From Azolla caroliniana (lineage: Eukaryota; Plantae; Polypodiophyta), in the NCBI GenBank assembly GCA_043228905.1, contig JBHGNT010000014.1, positions 19,344,001-19,408,000 on the forward strand: a stretch of 64,000 nucleotides of DNA. Reading direction: 5' to 3'. Under the pieces are notes generated by a model. It searched no databases and was not told where the DNA came from. It saw only the letters and a program-made list of their open reading frames with translations. Shown one piece after another: positions 1-10,320 of this stretch; the first letter of the stretch is position 1; each line of letters starts with the position of its first letter. A program made the translations under genes and the position numbers.

Positions 1-720
1 AGCTAATTAGCTAGTACCATAGCTAACTAGCTACTAGGATAGCTTATTAGCTACTTTACACAACTATGTCAGTAGCTAATTAGCTACTATGATAGCTAAT
101 TAGCTAGTAGGATAGCTAATTAGCTAGTAGGATAGCTAATTAGCTAGTAGGATAGCTAATTAGTTGCCAGTAGCTAATTAGCTAGTAGGATAGCTAATTA
201 GCTATTTTACACAACTATGGTACTAGCTAATTAGCTAGTACCATAGCTAACTAGCTACTAGGATAGCTTATTAGCTACTTTACACAACTATGTCAGTAGC
301 TAATTAGCTACTATGATAGCTAATTAGCTAGTAGGATAGCTAATTAGTTGCCAGTAGCTAATTAGCTAGTAGGATAGCTAATTAGCTTTTTTACACAACT
401 ATGGTACTAGCTAATTAGCTAGTACCATAGCTAACTAGCTACTAGGATAGCTTATTAGCTACTTTACACAACTATGGCAGTAGCTAATTAGTTACTAGGA
501 TAGCTAATTAGTTACTAGGATAGCTAATTAGTTGCCAGTGGCTAATTTAGCTAGTAGGATAGCTATTTAGCTTTTTTACACAACTATGGTACTAGCTAAT
601 TAGCTAGTACCATAGCTAATTAGCTACTAGGACAGCTAATTAGCTAGTAGCTCATTAGCTGCCAGTAGCTAATTAGCTAGTAGGATAGCTAATTAGAAAA
701 GACTAAGCTTATTAGCTACA
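1..720. repeat. Array of 14-bp palindromes TAGCTAATTAGCTA (20-bp basic unit, ~184-bp higher-order unit)
   Basis: Basic unit TAGCTAATTAGCTAGTAGGA. The marker ACACAACTATG recurs at 58, 209, 282, 393, 466 and 578. A perfect 32-bp palindrome CTATGGTACTAGCTAATTAGCTAGTACCATAG occurs at 215-246, 399-430 and 584-615. Confidence 0.97.
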
Positions 721-2586
721 GTATGGTATACCTGTTTGTTTTCTCCACTCATTTGGTAGAGTTGTACTGCAATCTCCCAAACAGAATGCAGCAATTCGAC
801 AGGCATGTTGAAAACAAAGCAGATGGTATGTGTGGTTGCATGGTTGTAGGTGAACCAACAAAGACGCAGTTTTGTCCTCCACACCTAACCCGCAAGCGAT
901 GCAACGTGCTTGAACTGTCAATAAATCATTTTCTGGTTCTACTTCATTTGGTAAGGGAGCAAGAATGTTCAGGTCCAAATCCTGTATGGTCCTTACCATT
1001 TCCTCCACAAAATGTAGCTTCTTCTTAAGGCAGCTAACTACCTGTTCTTGATGAATGTATTGTTCCTTCAACGCAACAGAGAAATTTACCGATTAATTAT
1101 TCTTGTTGTTGAAAGATACACCAACTTTGCTCAGGAATCGTTAACTTACTTGAAGCTTATCCAAATTGTAATCTGCAACAGTATTTACACCTAGAAGGTC
1201 CAGGTTCATTGAAAGAACCTGGATCTCTATTTGCAGTTCTATTTTACGCTGGGGATCCAGTGGCCCCTCTAATTCAAGCTCCTGTTGCGCAACCTATTCC
1301 AGATAATGCTTGATTAGCACATTTTACCCGTTATTTATAACACAATCACATACCAGCAAAACAATAGTTACCTGAATCTTATTTCTAATTGTTGTAACAG
1401 CAGAAGTAACTTTGCTCTCCATTGCAGAAGCCATTGTGGCTTTCTCTAAATCAGTCTTAAAAAATGCCAATGTCTCACAGGCTTCATGGAAATTTTTTAG
1501 CATATAGCTAACCAATGTCTCACCTGTATCATCGACATTGGCTTTCCTTGGGTGTCGGTGTGGTGTATGCCCCCGGTCTTGCTGGGAGTCGGCAGTTGCA
1601 TCAACAGCTGCCATGCTCCAAAATCTGTCTATTTTTTGTGCCAAGGTCCCCATCTTTCGGCATCTTTTTACCGATGCCTCACCATAGACTGCCCAAGCTA
1701 CCCTATACATTTCAGGGTCTCTAGATTCCTTCGCTGTTTTGCAGTACTCATATGCAAATGCTCTAGCAAATGAAACTGACAACTCATTGTTGACTGGGAT
1801 CTCCTGATGAACTTTCTGGTGCAGTCTCATGCAGTCATCGTACAAGTCGGCTCGTACATGCTTCAGCTTGACCTTGCCTTTGACTCTAGGCACTGTATAT
1901 ACTGTCATCCAGTCTATATCACTGATCAATTTATCACTTAGGACAGCAGGGTCAACACCCTCGAGTGACAGACCATAGGTGTTGTGGAAGTCCTCCTTTG
2001 TCTCGCAAAATTTTGCGAAGTTTAGCACTCTCGTATACGGAGGAACGAGCCATCTGAAATATCATTTCAGAAATCAGAAATAGTGCAAAATCAGAATATG
2101 TGAGAATCAAAAACCCCAATCAACAACAACAAAAATGGTGCAAAATCTTTAACTTAACCTAATCAAAATCTGTAATCAGAAGTTTGAAATCAGAAACCCT
2201 AATCAAAATCTGTAATCAGAAGTTTGTAACCAGAAACCTTATTCAGAAATTCTAATCAGAAATTTATAATCAAAAACCCTAATCAGAAATTTCAATCAGA
2301 AACCCTAATAAAAAATTTCAATCACAAACCCTAATCAGAAATCCTAAGCAGAAATTTATAAACAAAAACCCTATTCAGAAATTCTAATTTGTAATCAAAA
2401 TTTGTAACCAGAAACCCTATTCAAAAATTCTAATCAGAAATTTATAATCAAAAACCCTAATCAGAAATTTCAATCACAAACCCTAATCAGAAATTTCAAT
2501 CACAAACCCTAATCACTAAAGACAGGATTAAACACAAAAAAAGTAATATAAACACACCTGTTGCTACTCCCCGATTTGCGAGACAT
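712..2586 (-). CDS. 4-exon gene (~402 aa): unknown N-terminal domain, coiled-coil, C-terminal RING-H2-like zinc finger; transposon cargo
   Basis: Exons 2586-2558, 2053-1372, 1293-1150 and 1065-712 are joined by GT-AG introns with phase preserved (1209 nt, no stop). They link track ORFs 1324..2028 and 712..1071. C-terminal CIAC-x17-CNHTYHLLC-x10-CLGDC fits a C3H2C3 pattern, with a C-x3-C last pair. Confidence 0.8.
2068..2520. repeat. Degenerate ~13-bp tandem repeat (AATCAGAAACCCT / AATCAGAAATTTC) filling intron 1 of the RING gene
   Basis: Many AATCAGAAA units. Many carry the AAACCCTA telobox/telomere-like motif. The repeat lies within intron 2054-2557. Confidence 0.9.
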
Positions 2587-3068
2587 CCTTGTATGGGACT
2601 CCAAGGACTTCGCCCTATTCGATTTTGGGGAAATATGAATCGGCACCAAAGTTCAGACAGTAGTCAAAATGAAAAAACAAATGTTTGGGGTTTCTGTAAC
2701 TGAAACATACCTGGACGATGATCGAGCGGGTTCTGTGTTGTAGCTCTCAATCTGCAATGTCGATTTTTTGCTGTTGCGGGAGCTACGTCTGCGTTCGTGC
2801 TCTGAGTACTCCATCTGCGTTCAAAATCAGACTTAGGCTAAACAGGAAATTGATGACATTGAAGTCGACCTTAGATGATGGTGATATTCCCCAAGTTCCA
2901 CTACGTCTGAAACAGAAGTTCAAATATTTGAGTTTTTTCATAAATTAGTTTTTCAAATATTTGATTTTCCCACAAGAAAGACTAGCTAAACAAATAGCTA
3001 ATTAGCTATGGCCATTTTAGTAGCTAATTAGCTATAATAGTGTTTCCACTCGCATGCTTTTACCCCTA

Positions 3069-5948
3069 GATGAAGACGGCATCCGTGCCGGTTTTTCTTC
3101 GGGAGGGTGGACACTCCACAGGGGGAACCTCCTGCTTGCTAGAGGACCCAAGATACACTCACTGTATCCGTTACATGTTACGCTCAGAGAGGGTAACCTG
3201 TTTTTGGTGGATATTCCTGTGTCATCACTATGGCACAGAAGATTAGGACACCTCAGCAAGGCCGGCATTACGCACCTATCTAGAGCCGGATACATCCCTA
3301 AACTCTCCTTCTCGGATCATCAATTCTGCGAACATTGCCAATATGGCAAACAAGCAGCCGCATCACACCCGACATCAGCACCAAGAGAAACGAGACCTCT
3401 CGATTTAGTCCACTCGGACGTCTGTGGCCCAATGCCGCATCAGTCTCTCGGCGGTGCCTCTTACTTCGTCAGTTTTATTGACGATTCGACTCGAAAGGTG
3501 TGGGCTTATCCAATTCGCACCAAAGATCGTGTCTTCTCGATCTTCTCCGATTGGCTCGCTATGGTAGAAAATCAAACTGACCGAAAACTGAAATGCTTTC
3601 GGACCGACAATGGGGGAGAGTTCAAATCAGAAGAATTCGTCAAATTCTGCCGACAACGCGGCATCCGACGTGAATTTACGGCACCACACAGTCCGGAGCA
3701 AAACGGGATTGCAGAACGCATGAATCGGACAATCCAAGAACGGATAGTTTCCATGCTCCAACACTCCGGACTGTCGGATGGCTTCTGGGCAGAGGGTCTA
3801 CTCACGGCAGTACACATAATCAATATGTCGCCAAGCAGACCTCTAGGACTTCAAATACCTCAGGAACTATGGATCGGCAGTAAGCCGAATTACGACAAGC
3901 TGAGGATCTTTGGATGCGAGGCGTACGCCCTTATTCCGAAAGATGATCGCCGAAAACTTGCACCTCGGTCCAGGAAATGCATTTTCCTTGGATATGGATC
4001 AGACGGCGAAATGGGATACCGACTCTGGGACCCCGAACGCAGACAAATCGTTCGAAGTTCGGACGTTGTGTTCAACGAGTCGGCTATGAATCCATCAGTC
4101 GAAACACCGATCGAAGTCCGAAGGGTAACATTTTCCGATGTGCCGACCCTTCAAGAAGGCCCCGCTCTTAACACACGGTCAGCTTCATGGGTAGCTGAAC
4201 CTTACACTACCGACTCGGACAACTCTGACTCGGCACAGCAGAATAATTCGCTTTCGGACCATCCGACCTCGATACCCGATACGACCAGTCCAATCATACC
4301 TCGACGATCCGAGAGACTGTCGCAACCTCCGGAGAGGTATTCTCCTGGAATTTTCTTCACCGACGCCGGCGAACCGACGTCTTACGAAGAAGCATCGACA
4401 TCTGTCGATTCAGCCACCTGGCATCTGGCGATGGAGTCGGAAATGCACTCCATTCGGGCAAACAAGACTTGGGATCTGGTCGAATTACCTCAGAATCGAC
4501 GTGCTCTTCCTTGCAAGTGGGTTTATCGACTAAAAGAGACGTCTGATTCGACCACCCCAAAGTACAAGGCCAGATTAGTTGCGAAGGGCTTCCGACAAGA
4601 ATATGGCGTCGACTTCGACGAGATTTTTTCACCAGTGGTGAAAATGACAACCCTTCGTTTTCTACTCGGCGTAGTGGCAGCTGACAACTTGGAGCTGATT
4701 CAGCTAGATGTCAAAACAGCCTTCCTCCATGGTGATCTTGAAGAGGAAATTTATATGGAGCAGCCAAAAGGCTTCGTGGCAACTGGCCAAGAACATCTAG
4801 TCTGCCGACTCAGGAAGAGTCTATACGGCCTCAAACAGGCACCGCGACAATGGTACAAGAAGTTCGACGACTTCATCCAATCGATCGGCTTCTCAAAAAG
4901 CGATGAGGACCATTGTCTTTTCACCAACACAGCTCCAGATGGATCACCCATCTTCCTCATCATTTACGTGGACGACATGCTAATTTCTGGACGCCACGCG
5001 GGCGAACTTGCCGATCTCATTCGGCAATTGCGGTTGAAGTTTGCCATGAAGGACCTCGGTCCGGCACGACACATACTTGGCATGAAGATTAGTCGGCATC
5101 GCGATAAACGACATCTTTTTTTGTCTCAGACCGACTATATCGGACGTGTCTTGGAACGCTTCAACATGCAATCAGCCAAATCTGCTTCAACCCCGCTCCC
5201 CATGAATCTTCGGCTCTCTCAGCGAGACTGCCCGACATCCGGTCCGGAGGGGGAAGATATGAAGTCGGTACCGTATGCACCGGCAGTCGGCTCCCTTATG
5301 TACCTGATGGTCGCGACACGGCCTGATATCTCTCATGCCGTAGGAGTCGTTAGCAGATTTATGCACAATCCTGGCCGATCGCATTGGAACGCAGTCAAGC
5401 ATGTGTTCAGATATCTGGCTGGCACAAAAGACCACGGCATTCTTTTCGGTCCGAACTCAACCTCAGGCGTAGTCGGTTACACCGACTCGGACTTCGTCGG
5501 CTGTATAGACAGTCGGAAATCAACAACTGGATACTGCTTCAAATTCGGCAATGGAGCAATTTCGTGGAAGTCGAAACTTCAGGAGTGCACAGCGACCTCA
5601 ACGACCGAAGCAGAATATGTAGCTGCGTCCGACGCTGCAAAAGAAGCTTTGTGGCTCGGCCGGCTGGCGCACACGTTTCGACAAGTCGACCATGACTCGG
5701 CCCCAGTTGTCTATAGCGACAGTCAAGGTGTTGTTGCCTTGTCGAAAAATCCGGTTCACCACAACGCCTCCAAACATATCGACATTCGATATCACTTCGT
5801 TCGGGACTGCGTCATTTCAGGGAAAATCGGTCTAGAGAAAATATCCACAACCGACAATGTCGCAGATGGAATGACCAAGTGTCTTTCGGCAGACCGCTTT
5901 CGGTCCCTTCGGCATCAGATGGGCGTAACGACAAACCAGTCCGGTTAG
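3069..5948 (+). CDS. pol: Copia pol polyprotein (GAG-pre-integrase, integrase, RT, RNase H), 5'-interrupted
   Basis: LWHRRLGH...CEHC zinc motif, integrase VHSDVCGP / RTDNGGEF / QNGIAERMN, RT KARLVAKG / LYGLKQAPRQW / YVDDML, RNase H YTDSD / TEAEY / KHIDIRYHF. Open frame with no stops. The first track residues (MLLPL) come from the TIR. Confidence 0.95.
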   Translation, partial: DEDGIRAGFSSGGWTLHRGNLLLARGPKIHSLYPLHVTLREGNLFLVDIPVSSLWHRRLGHLSKAGITHLSRAGYIPKLSFSDHQFCEHCQYGKQAAASHPTSAPRETRPLDLVHSDVCGPMPHQSLGGASYFVSFIDDSTRKVWAYPIRTKDRVFSIFSDWLAMVENQTDRKLKCFRTDNGGEFKSEEFVKFCRQRGIRREFTAPHSPEQNGIAERMNRTIQERIVSMLQHSGLSDGFWAEGLLTAVHIINMSPSRPLGLQIPQELWIGSKPNYDKLRIFGCEAYALIPKDDRRKLAPRSRKCIFLGYGSDGEMGYRLWDPERRQIVRSSDVVFNESAMNPSVETPIEVRRVTFSDVPTLQEGPALNTRSASWVAEPYTTDSDNSDSAQQNNSLSDHPTSIPDTTSPIIPRRSERLSQPPERYSPGIFFTDAGEPTSYEEASTSVDSATWHLAMESEMHSIRANKTWDLVELPQNRRALPCKWVYRLKETSDSTTPKYKARLVAKGFRQEYGVDFDEIFSPVVKMTTLRFLLGVVAADNLELIQLDVKTAFLHGDLEEEIYMEQPKGFVATGQEHLVCRLRKSLYGLKQAPRQWYKKFDDFIQSIGFSKSDEDHCLFTNTAPDGSPIFLIIYVDDMLISGRHAGELADLIRQLRLKFAMKDLGPARHILGMKISRHRDKRHLFLSQTDYIGRVLERFNMQSAKSASTPLPMNLRLSQRDCPTSGPEGEDMKSVPYAPAVGSLMYLMVATRPDISHAVGVVSRFMHNPGRSHWNAVKHVFRYLAGTKDHGILFGPNSTSGVVGYTDSDFVGCIDSRKSTTGYCFKFGNGAISWKSKLQECTATSTTEAEYVAASDAAKEALWLGRLAHTFRQVDHDSAPVVYSDSQGVVALSKNPVHHNASKHIDIRYHFVRDCVISGKIGLEKISTTDNVADGMTKCLSADRFRSLRHQMGVTTNQSG

Positions 5949-6141
5949 AGCCGGACACAACGCAGGATGGTTTCAGACAACCGACATCAGTTCCTTAATG
6001 ATCGGCTTCAACTCTTCCGACCCGACCAGTCCGGCCTTCTGCCTTCGGACCCTGCCGACTCGAACAAAACTGATATGTCCGAGAACCTAGGTTTATACCT
6101 GTAATCTTAGATAACCCATGTATACGCCCATTACGGGGGAG

Positions 6142-6443
6142 TGTCGAATACAAGTGTATAATGGACGTATTCACACTATCCCTTTGTATAGCTCAAGTCT
6201 GGGCCATTTGTGTAATTAGCATAAATGGTAGTTGCCCTAAGTTTGTCACTATATAAAGTGACCTAGTAACCTTTTTGTAAGGTTGGTTGTGTTATTGTTT
6301 CTATTGAATAGAAAGAGTCTTTTGTGCCTCCTCTCTCTCTCTCTCTCTATCTATGTGCACGATCTTAGAAACTCTCATACGCAGGTACTCAACCCCAATC
6401 GAATGCTACTTGATCTTCCGCATTGACGGCCTTGTCTTCAACA
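6142..6443 (+). repeat. 3' LTR of Copia A (302 bp)
   Basis: TG...CA ends after the PPT, TATATAAA at ~6250, (CT)n tract. Confidence 0.85.
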
Positions 6444-7096
6444 CGAAGGAGACCGCCTCCACGGCTTCGTTGATTTCCTCGCGCTGTCGTGAAGAATTTC
6501 GGCCATAGGCGAAAACCGGGAAACATTGTCTACATCGGCGGGCTGCAGCGTGTGTACGCACCCATGTACATTTGGTGTGAATATTGAGGGCACCTTTATG
6601 GCGCCGAAGAGTAGTGAAGTCGGGACAGACGATCCCATGAAAGTCGGAATTTCTCCCACATTGAAACGCATCCCTCTCCTTGTTCTATAAAAGGGAGGGA
6701 ACGCCCTTTGTAAAAGGCTTGCCCATTTTGCATTCGAGGGTATACCGTTAGGTTTAGAGTTAGGTTTCTTCTTCTTCTTCTTCCCCCGTCGTGTTCGTTT
6801 AGGGTTTGCTTCGGCTCATCTCCTGCGCAAGGCCCCGCTCGGCGCGACGAGCTCGTGAGCTCCCCGAGGGCGGCTTGGCAGCAGACGACTACTGTAACCT
6901 ACCTCAGTCCGGCTCGAAGCCGGGAATATATTCTTCATATATATATACATGCATATACGTTTATGTTTGTCTGTGTATATTCGCGTCGTTGTTGGCGTCG
7001 GGTGCTTACCCTCTCCTGCGTTTTCTGTACATACGGCGTGAGTCGGGTTGAGCTGCGCGCATTTGTGTGGGTGTGTGCGTGAGTCGGTGTTAAGCA

Positions 7097-7163
<67 letters not shown>

Positions 7164-7300
7164 CCTTCGGTTGCTTCCGGTGTGTTTCTGGGATGCCCCA
7201 GAAATTGTGAAGCACGACTCCCTACGCTCCATCACTCTCTCGTCCAAGACCCTCGTAGTCCCGCCTTTCTCCACGCACGCGCGTAACTACGCGACATATT

Positions 7301-7318
7301 TGGTGAACCCGACGTGAA
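7301..7318 (+). promoter_or_regulatory. Primer-binding site complementary to the 3' end of tRNA-Trp
   Basis: TGGTGAACCCGACGTGAA is the reverse complement of the plant cytosolic tRNA-Trp 3' end (...TTCACGTCGGGTTCACCA). It lies 4 nt after the LTR. Confidence 0.9.
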
Positions 7319-7333
7319 AGGCGGCAAGGGAGG

Positions 7334-8602
7334 ATGCAGTCGGAACACGACGACCTTGTGGAGATGGTGGCCGAAGTGGTGTTGGAGTCAGCACGAGTGG
7401 TGATGAGGCGAGAAGCAGCGCAACAAGCGGTTGGGCGAGTGGTCGAAAGAGTCGGTCGTTTCAACGGGGACAAAGTCCCATCTTACTTGGAAGCCTACAA
7501 CGCGGAAATGGAAGAGCGTGGCGTAGACGAGGCGTTGAGGCTGGAGTTCTTCTGCCGGGTCGTAGCTGTCCGGATGCATGCGGAAGTAATGGAGCTCCGT
7601 GAGGCTCGTGGTTCGTGGGAGGCCTTCGAAGAGGTGCTCCTGAAGGCATACGGAGTACGGCGGAAGAGCCAGGGACGGCACCACTTCGACCAGTGGGTAG
7701 CATCGGCAAAGACCCACCGGGGTGCGACGAAGGCGTTCCGGGAATTCGAGTGACGACTTGCTCGGCTCCCAGAGCGGGAACAAGGTTTGGTGGGGGCGGA
7801 CAAAGTCCTTTTGTTCGTCAGGTCAATCGACCGAACGGAACGGGAAGCCATCGGGATTGAGCTCGAAGACGATGATGGAGCGAATGGGCTTACGGAGGAC
7901 TGGTCGAGGGTCGGAAGGGTGTGCCAAAGGCTAGACAACGAGCGAGCCGAGAAGGCTAAGAGGAAGGTACGCGACGGCGTGCCATCACAGCGGGAAGAGG
8001 CCGAACGGCACAGAGAGTCGGCAAGGGTCGGCGTTGGGGCCAGGATTGCGGAGGCGTACGCAACGCTCAAAGCGATGCTCGAGGAAGAGGGGAAAATCGA
8101 AGCCGAAGAAGGGCTTATTATGGAGTCGGGCCGGAGGCGATCGGAGGATGAGGAGGCCGAGATACCGATCGAGGAACCGGAACGTTGGGACCAGCGGTTT
8201 CGGGCGTGTCAGCCCGAGATCCCAGTCATTGGAGAAGCAAGCCCAGACGGGGCTTGCGCGATCGGTAAGAAGACAACCGCCGAACACGAAGAGTCGGTGG
8301 CTACGGACAAGGGCGTAAAACGGGCGGGTGATTCTTTGTGTCTTCCCACGCTTGCTCCAGAGACGATGGCAATCGGGCCCGAATACCCGCGTGAGTCCCA
8401 AGCGGAGGAAGGCTGCGGCGGAGGGCCAAGAATCACCGGCGAGAAGATACGGAGAAGGATCGGACGAAAGCCCACGGACCCGATTCCGGAGAACTCAGCA
8501 TTCGGGCCCGTATGCCCATGTCAGACCGAGGAGATGGATGGCAGTACCGAGGAGTCCTGGCACGATGCCAGCGAAGTCGGATGGGAAACGGCCTGCGAGT
8601 AG
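7334..8602 (+). pseudogene. Gag-like ORF of element B with one in-frame TGA (7751-7753)
   Basis: Track ORFs 7334..7753 and 7787..8602 are in the same frame. GRFNGDKVPSYL...VLLFVRSID...GLTEDW..V.RVC aligns with element C gag (GRFSGKDATSYL...VLLFVKSVD...GLTVDW..VKRVC). Confidence 0.85.
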
Positions 8603-8959
8603 GCCGAGGGCGGACACGGCACGAGGCGATCGGCATTCCGATACGGGTGGAGCGTGATCTGGTCGTGGATTGTTCGATCGGGTCCGGTTTCGGCATGAAA
8701 GAGCCGATACGGAAGGGGGTGCGGGACGAGCCGCCCTCTTTTACATGGGGAGAAAGACCGACCGGGCGAAGGTCGAGATTACGGACGAGAACTGGGCGGA
8801 GCGGACTCCCGGATAACCATTCCGGGAGGGAGGAAGAGAGCAGGCCTACGAAGAGGCTGAGGACACGGTTCTTCGGTACCACGGGAGAGGGTGCGGAGTA
8901 AACCGCCCTCTCGGCATGCGGAAAAGGACGACCCGGGACAGGGTCAGGAAGGCAACAAA

Positions 8960-10320
8960 CGCCTACGGAGGATTCTTCACACCGGTTCTAGAGACTTCGG
9001 CAGTCGGCAACGCGGGCGACGTAAGAACAAGATACTGACGGTGGCGGCGAGGTGACGAAGGCAAGGGCTATGGAAGGGCGGTCTACAGAGGATCCTTCAC
9101 ACCGGTTCTAGAGACTTCGGTTGTCGGCAACGCGGTCGACGTAAGACCAAGATACTGACGGTGGCCGCAAGGTGACGAAGACAATGGGCATAAGGAAGTC
9201 CGGTCCTACGGGATCCCCACACTTAACCAGAGACTCCGGCAGTTCGGCCAACGTGGCAACATGAGACCGAGAGAAAAGGTTGGTGGCGGCGGGAAACGGG
9301 ACCCGGCTACGCTAAAGGCACGAGGAGAGTCCGGGAGGGACTCAAATAAAAGACACCCGACTTTCGGCAAGCATAGAAACGGAGTCCGGCCCTATGGAAC
9401 CCTCACACTGATCCGGAGACTCCGGCAGTTCGGCCAACGTGGCAACGTGAGACCGGGGGAGAAGGATGGTGGCGGCAGGGAACGGGATCCGACCACACGA
9501 GGTAACGGAAGGAGCCGATAGGGGTGAACACGGGGAGGTGTGTCAGGCCGGAAAGGAACACCTTGGACAGAACAAGGGTCTCCCGAGTGGCCATCACGGG
9601 ACGGATCGAAGCGTGATTACGGGACGGTGTTCGGCGCGGGCGAGGCCGAACGAAGGAAGCGGAAGACGTCACAAGGGAGGTGCCGAGAACAAAGGGACAA
9701 GTGCCTAGTGGACTGCACAGGGTCGAAACCAGGACGGCAAGAGAGGCCGGAGGAGGATCCTCCACACTCGCTTCGTAGATCTCGGTAACTCCGTCGAAGT
9801 AACAAAGACTGACACAGCAAGCCGGGGTGACAAGCTGGTGGGGGCGAGGGGACGACGGCAAGCGAAAGACCCAGGACCTGTTTCAGCAGCACGATGATGG
9901 GAAGGGCCAAGCGGGCTACTACGGGGTGTTCCTCAGATGCAAAGGACACCGGTATGCGGGTGAACAGCGATGCACGATTAGGCCGGAAAGGGGCCGACGA
10001 GGAGTGCAACACGGGCAGTACCAAACAACAGACGAGGGTAGGTGGCACACGGAGGTGCGGAGCAGAAAGGCGAGCGCGGAGAAAGGGATCTTCCACACCA
10101 TTCCAGAGACCATGGCGGTTCGAGCCGACGTGGCGATGTAAGACCATGGAGAAGGAAGGTGGCGGCGGAAGGACGAAGGTGACGTGAAACACCATCGGGA
10201 CATCACGATTCGACAACGGAGGCCAAGCGGGCTGCCACGGGCATTCCTCTAGCGGAGGACATCGGGCATACGGCGGGAAGCGTGGGCGTTCATACAGCCG
10301 AACAAGGGCCAACGGGAGAA
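8960..10320 (+). repeat. Diverged ~120-bp-unit repeats in the internal region of element B
   Basis: Near-identical pair at ~8963 and ~9083 (GGATTCTTCACACCGGTTCTAGAGACTTCGG...). Related pair at ~9206 and ~9392 (AGACTCCGGCAGTTCGGCCAACGTGGCAAC). Further copies near 9755 and 10085. GGCCAAGCGGGCT occurs at ~9906 and ~10220. Confidence 0.8.

Larger units (their letters stand above)
1..3068 (-). mobile_element. Ac/hAT-like DNA transposon, one terminus visible (other end left of window), inserted in Copia pol
   Basis: Minus strand from 3068 reads TAGGGGTAAAAGCATG, close to the maize Ac TIR (C/T)AGGGATGAAA. Copia pol homology begins exactly at 3069 (GAT GAA GAC GGC = DEDG). Subterminal TAGCTAATTAGCTA motifs at 2995-3034 match the array at 1-720. 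No transposase and no second TIR in the window. Confidence 0.65.
3069..6443 (+). mobile_element. Ty1/Copia LTR retrotransposon A, 3' portion (5' part beyond the DNA transposon, outside the window)
   Basis: pol ORF to 5948, PPT-like GGGGGAG at 6135-6141, 3' LTR TGTCGAAT...TTCAACA at 6142-6443. Element-C sequence resumes at 6444. Confidence 0.95.

Noticed and set aside
1-720. CRISPR-like array
   Set aside because: No unique spacers, the intervening sequences themselves repeat, the context is eukaryotic, and there are no cas genes.
2160-2520. Interstitial telomere
   Set aside because: AAACCCT occurs singly within 13-bp units, never as tandem heptamers, and the tract lies in an intron.
3038-3042. 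TAGTG as a CACTA transposon terminus
   Set aside because: 26 bp of non-Copia sequence remain between it and the point where Copia pol resumes (3069). The Ac-like TAGGGGTAAAA ends exactly at the junction.
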